IMG/VR virus record: IMGVR_UViG_3300045972_000807 | Location: 96,001 to 160,000 of that record | DNA length: 64,000 nt | DNA from: a virus | Reading direction: 5' to 3' (one strand) | Shown: one piece after another, positions 16,811 through 25,238 of the stretch | How the letters are laid out: every line of letters begins with the position of its first letter | How positions within the stretch are numbered: the first letter of the stretch is position 1 | Translations under genes and position numbers: made by a program | Notes under the pieces: model-generated | Seen by the model: the letters and a program-made list of their open reading frames with translations, nothing else | Database searches by the model: none | What the model was told of the DNA's origin: nothing

Positions 16811-17599
16811 ATGCCCATAGTGGTGTCGCCTCCGCCTGTACAAGGTACGGGGGCAATCTACTGGCCTACTACTGCTACTGCTAACAATACAGGCATGTGG
16901 TACACAGGTAGCGGAACTGTGTACACCACACCCTCAACGGTTGGCACATTTTACATCCCGCCTCAAATAATAACTACAACCGCGGCGACATCCACGCAGT
17001 TCATAAGCCTATGTACGCCAACCGGCACATCGCTTACTAGCTGGATTTACTATCCCGTAAGCTCAGATTGGACGCCTACACCTGAGCAGTTAGCGTCCGA
17101 AGCCAGGTACAAAAGAGAGCAAAAAAGACTTCATGCGATCAAGGTGGAACGTGCCAAAGGTTCCATCAAGAGAGCACTGAAGCTAATGGACAACGTGGGC
17201 TTTGGCAACGAGGTTAAAGTGTTCCTTGGTGGAAGTGCTGTTGAGGTATCACACCCCGATAGCATGTTCAAATTCCTTTTGTCCAAGAGCCGTTACTCAG
17301 GCTTGATTGACAAGACGATAAACATCAGCGGGCACATGATACCGTACAAGCTAGAGCTCTACACAAAGACAGACGTGCATGTGGCCGACCTTTGCGTCTA
17401 CATGCAGGACACGCCTATCCTGGATCAGATACTCGCCCTCAGCATGTTTATCAAGTCTGGCGACGAGGATTATATCCTGGAAAAAGCAAACTGGACAATT
17501 AAAGACAAAGACCCCGTGCTAAGGCAGGCGATTCTCTTGGAGAAGCCCTGTCTTAGCAACAAACTAAAACGAATTCCCTACAACCACCACCGACCTTAA
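16811..17599 (+). CDS. Hypothetical partner protein of the GG-terminated ORF
   Basis: Starts 1 nt after the upstream stop; T-rich N-terminus; LCVY...TPILDQILA...SGDE...LEKANW. Confidence 0.75.
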   Translation: MPIVVSPPPVQGTGAIYWPTTATANNTGMWYTGSGTVYTTPSTVGTFYIPPQIITTTAATSTQFISLCTPTGTSLTSWIYYPVSSDWTPTPEQLASEARYKREQKRLHAIKVERAKGSIKRALKLMDNVGFGNEVKVFLGGSAVEVSHPDSMFKFLLSKSRYSGLIDKTINISGHMIPYKLELYTKTDVHVADLCVYMQDTPILDQILALSMFIKSGDEDYILEKANWTIKDKDPVLRQAILLEKPCLSNKLKRIPYNHHRP

Positions 17600-17619
17600 C
17601 TTTTCACTAGGAGCCTCCC

Positions 17620-18111
17620 ATGAACGATACCAACAGCGCAGCAAACTATACGCCCATCCATAGCCTGGATTCCACCCCAGCCACTCTGGACGATTTCAAA
17701 GCCATCCCGTTGGCCGAGTACAACCAGTTCGTAAACGGCTACGCTCAGCAAGTTCTGGCCTTCATGGCCCTGGCCGACCAAGTGTCTGACAGCCAGTTCT
17801 CTGACAGCAACATTCCATCGCACGTCCGCATCGTTGTTCCTTCCCTCAACATCGACCTGCACCTGCCGCTCAAGCTGGAAATCAATACCGTTGCAGACAC
17901 CATCACCAGCTCCATTATGACCGCCAAGGTGTCGGCCGCCACGGTGCGCCTTTCCACCGCAATCTCAGCGGCTATTCAAGCTGCCAAATCCGCAATTGAC
18001 GCGGCCAATGACGCTGCGGCTTCTGAAGCGCGAAGCGTTGCCGAAGCCCAAGAAGCCGCGCCGTTACCCACGATTGCCGAGCAAATCTCGGACACAACTT
18101 CCGCAGTATAA
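17620..18111 (+). CDS. Hypothetical Ala-rich protein
   Basis: AGGAG RBS; strong C-ending codon bias; followed by a hairpin. Confidence 0.75.
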   Translation: MNDTNSAANYTPIHSLDSTPATLDDFKAIPLAEYNQFVNGYAQQVLAFMALADQVSDSQFSDSNIPSHVRIVVPSLNIDLHLPLKLEINTVADTITSSIMTAKVSAATVRLSTAISAAIQAAKSAIDAANDAAASEARSVAEAQEAAPLPTIAEQISDTTSAV

Positions 18112-18118
18112 CTAAAGG

Positions 18119-18145
18119 ACAGGGTGGTCAGGAGCCACCCTGTTT
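18119..18145 (+). terminator. Hairpin (terminator or attenuator) upstream of the ACP gene
   Basis: ACAGGGTGG-tcaggag-CCACCCTGT followed by TT. Confidence 0.55.
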
Positions 18146-18148
18146 ACT

Positions 18149-18406
18149 ATGACCACAACACGCACACCCAAAACACAAGCTGAGATCCAAGAGTATCTTT
18201 TCAAATACGTTAAGGACAACATAGGTTTCTCTGGCGAGATCGACATTAACGCCCCGCTGGCAGACCAAGGCTTCGATAGCCTCGACAGCATCGAGCTGGT
18301 CATGGACCTTGAGGACGTGTACCTGATTGAAATAGCCGACGAGGTAGCCGAGAAATGGACTACCTTGGCCGACGTTATTCTGTCTGTAGTAGCCTTGACA
18401 AAATAA
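18149..18406 (+). CDS. acpP: Acyl carrier protein
   Basis: 85 aa, acidic; GFDSLDSIELVMDLED...IEIADE.AEK..TL.DV with the phosphopantetheine-attachment Ser motif. Confidence 0.93.
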   Translation: MTTTRTPKTQAEIQEYLFKYVKDNIGFSGEIDINAPLADQGFDSLDSIELVMDLEDVYLIEIADEVAEKWTTLADVILSVVALTK

Positions 18407-18415
18407 GGAACAACA

Positions 18416-18826
18416 ATGTCTGACGAATCCTCCCAAGAACAAGAAGTTCTTTCTGAAGAACAGGAAAGTTCAAACGTGCTACCTACAGCTACGCCTTTTG
18501 CATCTGTCCGTGTGGACATGCTGGCCGATAGCCGAAGGCTGGAGAAGATTGCCAAGGTTGGCGAACAAACTGTATTCCCGCAGGACGTTGTCCGCATAGG
18601 TGAGTGGAAAGACTTGCCTAGCGAGTGGCCTGTCATACCGCATATCGTTCGAGGCCCAGCCCACTTCTGCGGCCCTAACCTCGTGGCTGTGCGCTTTGAG
18701 GACTCGGAAGGCTTTGTCTACTTCCCAATCCCTTCGGTAGTGGCAAACCTCTTGGGCGCAGCTTACGAAAAAGGCTCACGCACCGCGTTAGCTAACGCGC
18801 GTAAAGCGCTCGGACTCCGCCACTAG
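18416..18826 (+). CDS. Hypothetical protein
   Basis: AAGGA RBS. Confidence 0.7.
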   Translation: MSDESSQEQEVLSEEQESSNVLPTATPFASVRVDMLADSRRLEKIAKVGEQTVFPQDVVRIGEWKDLPSEWPVIPHIVRGPAHFCGPNLVAVRFEDSEGFVYFPIPSVVANLLGAAYEKGSRTALANARKALGLRH

Positions 18827-18836
18827 GACTTGAATC

Positions 18837-19244
18837 ATGCTTATCCACGGATACACAGTCACACCTACTAACTGGAAACTGATATGGCCAGAGCCTGAAG
18901 TTACTCCGGAAGTCAATAAGGTTGAAGCCACCCCGGTTGCTACTGGGTTTTTATCCACGTTCCTAAACCTGTTCCGTACCACACGAATGGGTGAAGTAGT
19001 TCCAGAGCAACCGCCTATACTACCTCAATTGGACTTGAACTCTGTGACCATCCAATGCAGCGGTCTAGAGTTTGACACCATTGGAAAGCTGTACGACGTT
19101 ATCGTCGAGGGTCACGCCTTCATCGGCATTTGGGCTATGTCTAAGAGTCCTGTGGATTGGACTACCGGCCTTATGACCGTGGTGTGCAAGTGCTCTGACT
19201 ACTTTGAGCTGTCTGAAGAAGAGCTGGAGCGAGTTTTGCCATGA
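18837..19244 (+). CDS. Hypothetical protein
   Basis: AGGA RBS; operonic. Confidence 0.65.
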   Translation: MLIHGYTVTPTNWKLIWPEPEVTPEVNKVEATPVATGFLSTFLNLFRTTRMGEVVPEQPPILPQLDLNSVTIQCSGLEFDTIGKLYDVIVEGHAFIGIWAMSKSPVDWTTGLMTVVCKCSDYFELSEEELERVLP

Positions 19245-19582
19245 ACACTGAACTCTTAGTATCCGTAGTCACCGCAGTGTCCATAATCTGTAGCTCACTG
19301 TTAACGGTTCTTGTGACCGTGTGGGCTACGCGCAGAGCCCGAAAAGACCACGCGCTCAAGATGTCCTTGATCCAAGCCTACAAGGACATACAAGCGTTTT
19401 ACGCACTGGAGCAAGCGTACTGCGTAAGCATTGGTAACTCTCGAAACATAACGCCCGACGCCGTTAAACGTTACACTCGAAAGAAGTTACGCTTCAGCGG
19501 TAAGCCGAGTCCTTCCGAATCATCCACCCCTTCCCGCTTAGAACAAGCACTCTCCCGCCTCCTGCAAGAAACCAAGGACTAA
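19241..19582 (+). CDS. Hypothetical protein with N-terminal transmembrane helix
   Basis: LLVSVVTAVSIICSSLLTVLVTVWA followed by a basic region. Confidence 0.7.
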   Translation: MNTELLVSVVTAVSIICSSLLTVLVTVWATRRARKDHALKMSLIQAYKDIQAFYALEQAYCVSIGNSRNITPDAVKRYTRKKLRFSGKPSPSESSTPSRLEQALSRLLQETKD

Positions 19583-19586
19583 CTAA

Positions 19587-20036
19587 ATGCCCACAATCAA
19601 AAGTGTTGAACTCCGTACCAACGGTTCCCTTCAACTTATCACCGACGGTGAAGCCCTTATCGACATCGCTCCCCGTATTTTGCTGGATGAGGCTCTCACC
19701 TATATCCCGCCCGTCGAAGTGGCTGGTGGACCCAACAACGCGGACCTCACCAACGCAGCACTTCTCAACTTTTGCGCTGATCTGACCGACCGTATCACTC
19801 ACCAAGAAGCCCGCCTGGCTGAACTGGTGAACTTCATTCGGCAATTGGCTTCTGCATTGCCCAAGCCTGAGACCGCTTCCTCAGCTACTCAACCAGACCC
19901 GGCTGCGGTGTCGCCCACCGAAGTGTCTACTGCGGTCAAGCCGGAGCCTGAGGCGGTCAATCCGGAACAGGTCAACTCCGAACCGGACTACAGCGCGCCG
20001 CGTATCGTGCAGGTAACAAGCCTGACTCCTAAGTGA
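19587..20036 (+). CDS. Hypothetical protein with P/E-rich tail
   Basis: AAGGA RBS; codon-biased; followed by a terminator. Confidence 0.7.
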   Translation: MPTIKSVELRTNGSLQLITDGEALIDIAPRILLDEALTYIPPVEVAGGPNNADLTNAALLNFCADLTDRITHQEARLAELVNFIRQLASALPKPETASSATQPDPAAVSPTEVSTAVKPEPEAVNPEQVNSEPDYSAPRIVQVTSLTPK

Positions 20037-20052
20037 CCTGAAAAACCACCCC

Positions 20053-20092
20053 AAAAAGCCCCGTAGTGCTCACTGTACTACGGGGCTTTTTT
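20053..20092 (+). terminator. Rho-independent terminator (bidirectional-type)
   Basis: AAAAAGCCCCGTAGT...ACTACGGGGCTTTTTT. Confidence 0.9.
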
Positions 20093-20157
20093 ACGGCCAT
20101 CTTTGTCAGAAACGTGTTAAATCCACTGCTTTTCCTGTGCTTTTCCTGATTATTCTG

Positions 20158-20207
20158 TTGTTTTTTCACACTAGACGTGTTATAATAAGGTGCAGGCACA
20201 CGCCTGT
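20158..20207 (+). promoter_or_regulatory. Sigma70-type early promoter with leader hairpin
   Basis: TTGTTT-17 bp-TATAAT (20181-20186) with extended TG; hairpin GCAGGC-acac-GCCTGT. Confidence 0.8.
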
Positions 20208-20242
20208 GGCAGTAAACGATATACACAGTTTAGGAGTATGAG

Positions 20243-20557
20243 ATGAAGAAAACGATACAAACAGTTTTACCGTACGTTACGGAGTACAACGCTGAGCACT
20301 ACAATGCTCAGACGCCGATGACAAAGAAAGAGTTCCTGAAGTTGCAACCCGGAACATGGCTTGAAATTAGGTGGTTGGACGGGCCTAACAGCGTTGTCCT
20401 GCTTCTTGAAAAGCCTAAGCGCAACGCAGGTGACATTACGTTTACTTGCTGGTCGCCTACACCGACAATTCAAGGCACTACGCTTGAGTCCTCGCAGGTT
20501 ATCAGGGTACAGGGCAAAGTTAAAGTGCCTGAGATTATTTGTGGGAACTGCGGCTAG
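20243..20557 (+). CDS. Early hypothetical protein (paralog of 57771-58037)
   Basis: AGGAG RBS; TKKEFLKLQPGTWLEIRWLD...LLLEK...GDIT. Confidence 0.75.
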   Translation: MKKTIQTVLPYVTEYNAEHYNAQTPMTKKEFLKLQPGTWLEIRWLDGPNSVVLLLEKPKRNAGDITFTCWSPTPTIQGTTLESSQVIRVQGKVKVPEIICGNCG

Positions 20558-20647
20558 TCCTACTGCGAGTGCGAAGAAGAGTAAGTGATAGACGGTGGGT
20601 AAGGAATTCAAGAGCTTTACCCACCGGTTAACAAACCTAATTGGAGA

Positions 20648-21133
20648 ATGAAAATGGCAAAGATTGAACACAACAAAATAGTTTATGCAGACCACTCTGT
20701 AGTTTGTGATCTGGAAGTTTACACACCAGATTACATGCAGGCAGTGCTCGAGCTGCTTTCAGAAGATGGTTCTGCGGAAGACCATACGGACGAGCTGGAC
20801 GCAAATAACAACGATGGGTCCTGGACCATCGAAGTGTCAGTTTTAACTAAAAATCAGATCAAGCTGATAAAACAAAAAGCTATAGCAGCTTCAGGAATGG
20901 TGGGTACCAACGTAGCCATTCAGCCAGTAGATTGGGGTGCTTACAACTGCTTCAAAGCCCCTGCGTATTCCATTCATTTTTGCGCTGACTTGGGTGAAAC
21001 AGCCGGCGAGGTATTCGCTAACTATTTGACTAAGTATCAAATAGAGTTTACCCTTATTCATCAGTATCACGCACTGTTGGTACTGCCCATAGATAGCTGG
21101 ATTAAGTTTCTGGCTTTCACTGACGGCCTATAG
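20648..21133 (+). CDS. Hypothetical protein
   Basis: GGAG RBS; preceded by a 10-bp hairpin at 20593-20626. Confidence 0.7.
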   Translation: MKMAKIEHNKIVYADHSVVCDLEVYTPDYMQAVLELLSEDGSAEDHTDELDANNNDGSWTIEVSVLTKNQIKLIKQKAIAASGMVGTNVAIQPVDWGAYNCFKAPAYSIHFCADLGETAGEVFANYLTKYQIEFTLIHQYHALLVLPIDSWIKFLAFTDGL

Positions 21134-21318
21134 TGAACAAAAAGGTTTACTTTAGCTTTATGGATGTCTTCTGGTCTTGTACCGAAGAGCAAATGCAGAA
21201 GCTTGAGGACGAGCTCTACAAGGGTGAAGGTGTTGACCCTGAAGAGCTCGGATGCAGGCAACTAAAAGGTCGGCCGCCAGTGCCGATCTACCAGGTTCGT
21301 CAGATCAATGATCGTTAA
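21133..21318 (+). CDS. Hypothetical protein
   Basis: Start coupled to the upstream stop. Confidence 0.6.
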   Translation: MNKKVYFSFMDVFWSCTEEQMQKLEDELYKGEGVDPEELGCRQLKGRPPVPIYQVRQINDR

Positions 21319-21333
21319 AACGGGAGTAACAAA

Positions 21334-21621
21334 ATGAGCACAGAGAAACTTATTGAGGCCCTAAAGGCTGTAGAGGTTGACGCTTCGGTTGAAGCAAAAA
21401 CATGGCTGACTGACGATGAAGGCGGGACACTTCCCAAGTCTATTGCAACTGCTTTGCAACTGGCTGACGAAGAGCTTATCGACAGTAAAGGCGGCTGCAA
21501 CTTTCCCGCTCACCGCACTCTTGAAGCAGCAGGTTTTCCTGTTAGCTGCGGTGAGCGTGATTCGTTCGGCTGGCTTACCGGCGTTATTCGTACCCGCAAG
21601 GGCAACATTGTTTACGGTTAA
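21334..21621 (+). CDS. Hypothetical phage protein
   Basis: GGAG RBS; GFPVSCGERDSFGWLTGVIRTRKGNIVYG. Confidence 0.75.
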   Translation: MSTEKLIEALKAVEVDASVEAKTWLTDDEGGTLPKSIATALQLADEELIDSKGGCNFPAHRTLEAAGFPVSCGERDSFGWLTGVIRTRKGNIVYG

Positions 21622-21634
21622 AAGGAGAACAGAC

Positions 21635-21820
21635 ATGCTCTACACAAAACGCAATCTGGTTATTCTTATTTCAGCAATCGTGCTTCTGATGCTTAACGTG
21701 GCTATCACGTTTGGGCTTTTCGAGCTGGGCGTTCCGGTTGTCGTAACAAGCCTCATACTGGTTGTGCTGGACATAGCGGCAGCCAAGTTCCTTTCATTCA
21801 AACTTAACGGGAGAGCCTAA
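21635..21820 (+). CDS. Small two-helix membrane protein
   Basis: AGGAG RBS before ATG 21635; two hydrophobic segments. Confidence 0.7.
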   Translation: MLYTKRNLVILISAIVLLMLNVAITFGLFELGVPVVVTSLILVVLDIAAAKFLSFKLNGRA

Positions 21821-21821
21821 C

Positions 21822-22118
21822 ATGGGCGCACGTATCATTATAGAGTTGCAGGGACTCTTGAATAACCCTGATGTGCATATCACCTTTGCCTGCGAGGTCC
21901 TTAAAGGCCAAGACGATACCGAAAAGGATTCGGTTAACCAACGCGCTAAAGTTAACTTCTTGTCCAACGAGAAAATTCACTGGTTCGATGTTGTGAGCTA
22001 CAACAGTAAGGTCAGCCTGGAAGCTGACTTCAACTTCTTCCGTAACGAAGACGGCCACAAGTGGCTCATGCGCTGCCTGTTTGAGGCAAGCGTTCCCTTC
22101 ACAGTTATCCCAGGCTAA
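21822..22118 (+). CDS. Hypothetical protein
   Basis: GGAG RBS; operonic. Confidence 0.7.
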   Translation: MGARIIIELQGLLNNPDVHITFACEVLKGQDDTEKDSVNQRAKVNFLSNEKIHWFDVVSYNSKVSLEADFNFFRNEDGHKWLMRCLFEASVPFTVIPG

Positions 22119-22129
22119 GGGTGAGTCCA

Positions 22130-22297
22130 ATGAAAAGAAGATTACTTTTTGCAGCCGGGTTCTTAGCCATATTCTGGGTAGGCTTTTCAGCAGGGCTAAC
22201 CTTCGGTGAAGATAGAACTGTTAAGAACTGCGAAAGACACGGTGAAGCTACTTTTGCCAATGGCAGTATTCGGTGCCTACCTACTTCAAGGGACTAG
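22130..22297 (+). CDS. Small membrane-anchored protein (55 aa, not in ORF track)
   Basis: MKRRLLFAAGFLAIFWVGFSAGLTFG...C...C. Confidence 0.6.
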   Translation: MKRRLLFAAGFLAIFWVGFSAGLTFGEDRTVKNCERHGEATFANGSIRCLPTSRD

Positions 22298-22300
22298 ATC

Positions 22301-22882
22301 ATGCGAAGCCATAAACGACTTATGATGGACGCGGCGAAGATTCGCCCCATTCAGAAAAGGCTCCTAGAGCATTCAGACAACGGCTGGGTGTTTGAAGCTG
22401 TTAGCGACTCTAAGGGTTTTGCAACTTACAAGAACCGCGAGGTTGCCTACGCCTTGTGGGTAGACGATAACTTAGAGGTCCATGTCCTTGTTAACGGCAA
22501 GGACCTGGGCGTTGTCACAAGCCGCAGCACAGTGTCGCACCTTATCTGGTGCTACATGAAGGACACTCAAATGTCTAAAAATGTGCCTAAGGTCATACGC
22601 GGAAAAGACTATGGGCTGTGCCCCAAGCTCAAGACGATGGTCCTGAAACGCTTGCATCACGATCTCTGCGAGGTGCGTTTTGTAAAGGCCGATGACACTA
22701 TACGGATTATGCTTTGCACGCTGTTGCCCACGTTTATGCCTGACGAAGACTACGACGGCATCAGCTATGAGACAATGAAGAAGCGTGAAAACAACCCATA
22801 CCTTGTTACGGTGTGGGACGTGGAAAAGATGGCGTTCCGTTCCTTCACGCTGGAACGCTTTTTGAGACTGACGGTTATTTAA
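22301..22882 (+). CDS. Protein with C-terminal DUF2693/WYL_2-like SH3-fold domain
   Basis: EVRFVKADDTIRIMLCTL...VTVWDVEKMAFRSF signature. Confidence 0.75.
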   Translation: MRSHKRLMMDAAKIRPIQKRLLEHSDNGWVFEAVSDSKGFATYKNREVAYALWVDDNLEVHVLVNGKDLGVVTSRSTVSHLIWCYMKDTQMSKNVPKVIRGKDYGLCPKLKTMVLKRLHHDLCEVRFVKADDTIRIMLCTLLPTFMPDEDYDGISYETMKKRENNPYLVTVWDVEKMAFRSFTLERFLRLTVI

Positions 22883-22896
22883 CGAAAGGAAAACTT

Positions 22897-23190
22897 ATGG
22901 AAGAAATTCCCTTTAAAGAGGTTACAGTTACCCTGCAACTCAAGCAATGGGTTCTGTTGCTGAATCAGCTTGAGAGCGCTACAACGCTTAGAAAGCTGAC
23001 ATTGGACACTAGCAACCTGGCATCCAGGTCTCCAGAGGACTTGGAAGACTTAGCTGCTGAGGTCAAGTGTCTAGCTGACATTAGCTACTGCCTTGTCCTG
23101 ATAGATCAGCAAGGCGACCTAGGTAAATCCAGACGTCAATATCTGGAAGAAGCGTTTCCTGGAATCAACAAACTCACTAACGGAGAATAG
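22897..23190 (+). CDS. Hypothetical protein
   Basis: AAGGA RBS before ATG 22897 (MEEIPF). Confidence 0.65.
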   Translation: MEEIPFKEVTVTLQLKQWVLLLNQLESATTLRKLTLDTSNLASRSPEDLEDLAAEVKCLADISYCLVLIDQQGDLGKSRRQYLEEAFPGINKLTNGE

Positions 23191-23191
23191 C

Positions 23192-23341
23192 ATGAAAATT
23201 AAGATATACGACGTTACCGTTTCCTACGGTTCTTGGGTTCACAAGTACCCCATGTGCGCCTGCAGCAGTTGTGGCGCCATTATCAAAGCAATGGACTTTT
23301 ATGGAGAGCATGTGCGGATTAGCGCAAAGCCCCGTAAGTAA
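23192..23341 (+). CDS. Small hypothetical protein (49 aa, not in ORF track)
   Basis: GGAG RBS; MKIKIYDVTVSYGSWVHKYPMCACSSCGAIIKAMDFYGEHVRISAKPRK. Confidence 0.65.
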   Translation: MKIKIYDVTVSYGSWVHKYPMCACSSCGAIIKAMDFYGEHVRISAKPRK

Positions 23342-23350
23342 GCACCAGCG

Positions 23351-23392
23351 AAAAGCCCGCGTAGCACAAGATGCTACGCGGGCTTTTTTTTT
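23351..23392. terminator. Bidirectional terminator between convergent early and late blocks
   Basis: AAAAGCCCGCGTAGCA-caaga-TGCTACGCGGGCTTTTTTTTT. Confidence 0.92.
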
Positions 23393-23405
23393 GCTTCAGC
23401 GTTTA

Positions 23406-25238
23406 CTAGAACGCTTGCCCACTGTTCTGGGCATAGCCGTCTAGAAACTTTTCAGCCAGGCGCTTTGTAACCGGCCCACCTTCACGGTCAATATGGTTAC
23501 CCTCATCGTCAATGAGGTCGTCTTTGTCTCTGGGCTTAACGGTGTCCGGAGCCTTTGTAGGATCAGTGGGCGTATGCTCGCTTTCCGCGACTATAACGGC
23601 GCTCTGAATAGAGTTGTCCGTCCGCATCATCTTCTCTAAGTATGCAGGCACAGGCAAACCAAAGAACTCAAAGAACTGAACCTGTGAGGCAAAGTCGATG
23701 TAGTTCTTCAGAGAGGTCATAGGCTGCGTAGAGATGTTGCCTTGTGCATCAGTCTTTATGTGACCCAGCTTTTTGCCCACCATCGTGGCAATCTTCAAAA
23801 CCATCTCAACGGCCTTCTTCTCGTCTACCTTCTTCCCAGCCATAGTCTCTTGGATTTTCTGGGCTTCGATGTTAAACAAGCCGGTGCCGGCCACGGTACG
23901 GAGTTTGTGGATGTTAGCCCCACCGGTCAAACTCTTGAAGTAAGACGTTACTGCCCCGTAGCGAACAGGCTTCCAGGTACCGTTTAGCTTTTCAATAGAG
24001 AACACAGGGTCTTTAGGACCTTTGCCCTCTACTAACTTTGCCATTACTTCGCAGATGATCTTGTCTTTGGCGTTGCCAGGCTTCAATACAAACTTGAATT
24101 GGACAGCGTCCTTGCCTCGATAAGAGATCAGTACGCTGTGGTCAGGTCGCACAGTAACGTGCTTGGCCAAGATGGAGCACATCCCGAAGCCTTGAGAACC
24201 CTCATTACCACCAGCAACGGAACCAGCACGGTCACTGCTAAGATACAGCAGTTCAATAACAACCGAAGCGACCGCATTAACGTCACCATACTGAAACGGG
24301 CTCTTGACGTTCTGGAGCCACTTCTTGCGGTACTTTTCAATATTCTTGATAAGAGCATTAGCTACCTCGTATTTGTGATTCCAGCTATTTTCAGAATGCT
24401 CTTTGGAATAGACGTAGGCGTATTCACCGTTAGGCTTATTGGCCTTGCAAATCCAGTCTGCGGTTCCGTCAGCTTTGGTCTTCATCGTAACCGTGGTGTA
24501 CACGGGATACTTAGGAACGTTACCAAGCATTTTGCCGTCGTTGGTGTACCAGTTGCCTTCAGCATCAATAAGGCCAGTGAAGCCAGTAGGGATAGAGTGC
24601 TGAATGCCTAACTGGGCCAAATGGTCCAGCGCCTGCTGGCAAGGAACTGTTTTCTTTCCCGACTCTTTGACGTAGTTGCTAAGCTCATTCTTCCAGGACA
24701 TGGAGTGAGCACGGCGCAACGCAAGGTACTGCTTATACAGATCAGGATCCTGCGTCTTAGCTTCCATTGCTTCATCCGGTGTTAGCACCGTCTTGCCTTT
24801 GAAGCCCATCTTGGCACAAAGGCTCTTAAGGTCTTTCTGGACCAACGTTTGGTCCGGAGCATCTTCCGTTATCATAGAACGGATGTAGGAAGACTCGCAA
24901 CGGCTTGATATTTTTGCCAAGTATTTGTGGGAGCTACTGCTTTGATTCTTAAACCACTTAGCAAACTGCTCAACCACATCAGCGAAAGAAGCCTTCGCAT
25001 GAGGCTTCTTAGCGTACTCGTCAATCATCTCCTTCAGGGAGATAGACAGTGCCAACAGGTCAACGCTTTCACCGCGGCTCATTGCCTGGATAACATCGTC
25101 CAGGTATGGCGTCATTGTGAGGAGCTCAGCTGACTTTGTGTGGGCTTCTTTGATGATCGTAATACCCTCTTTAGAGGGCCTAGCGTTTCCTGAGATATGG
25201 TAAATCAGGATTACGTAGAGTAGTTCGACAAAATTCAT
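23406..25238 (-). CDS. DNA topoisomerase IB with long N-terminal extension
   Basis: Catalytic pentad in order: SDRAG (R), YRGKD (K), HKLRT (R), KLGH (H), TSLKNYID (Y). Confidence 0.9.
   Translation of the reverse strand: MNFVELLYVILIYHISGNARPSKEGITIIKEAHTKSAELLTMTPYLDDVIQAMSRGESVDLLALSISLKEMIDEYAKKPHAKASFADVVEQFAKWFKNQSSSSHKYLAKISSRCESSYIRSMITEDAPDQTLVQKDLKSLCAKMGFKGKTVLTPDEAMEAKTQDPDLYKQYLALRRAHSMSWKNELSNYVKESGKKTVPCQQALDHLAQLGIQHSIPTGFTGLIDAEGNWYTNDGKMLGNVPKYPVYTTVTMKTKADGTADWICKANKPNGEYAYVYSKEHSENSWNHKYEVANALIKNIEKYRKKWLQNVKSPFQYGDVNAVASVVIELLYLSSDRAGSVAGGNEGSQGFGMCSILAKHVTVRPDHSVLISYRGKDAVQFKFVLKPGNAKDKIICEVMAKLVEGKGPKDPVFSIEKLNGTWKPVRYGAVTSYFKSLTGGANIHKLRTVAGTGLFNIEAQKIQETMAGKKVDEKKAVEMVLKIATMVGKKLGHIKTDAQGNISTQPMTSLKNYIDFASQVQFFEFFGLPVPAYLEKMMRTDNSIQSAVIVAESEHTPTDPTKAPDTVKPRDKDDLIDDEGNHIDREGGPVTKRLAEKFLDGYAQNSGQAF

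Noticed and set aside
23406-25238. Tyrosine integrase or protelomerase
   Set aside because: Motif spacing and context (YRGKD, KLRT, TSLKNYID) fit topoisomerase IB better; no att site or long telomere-type palindrome was seen
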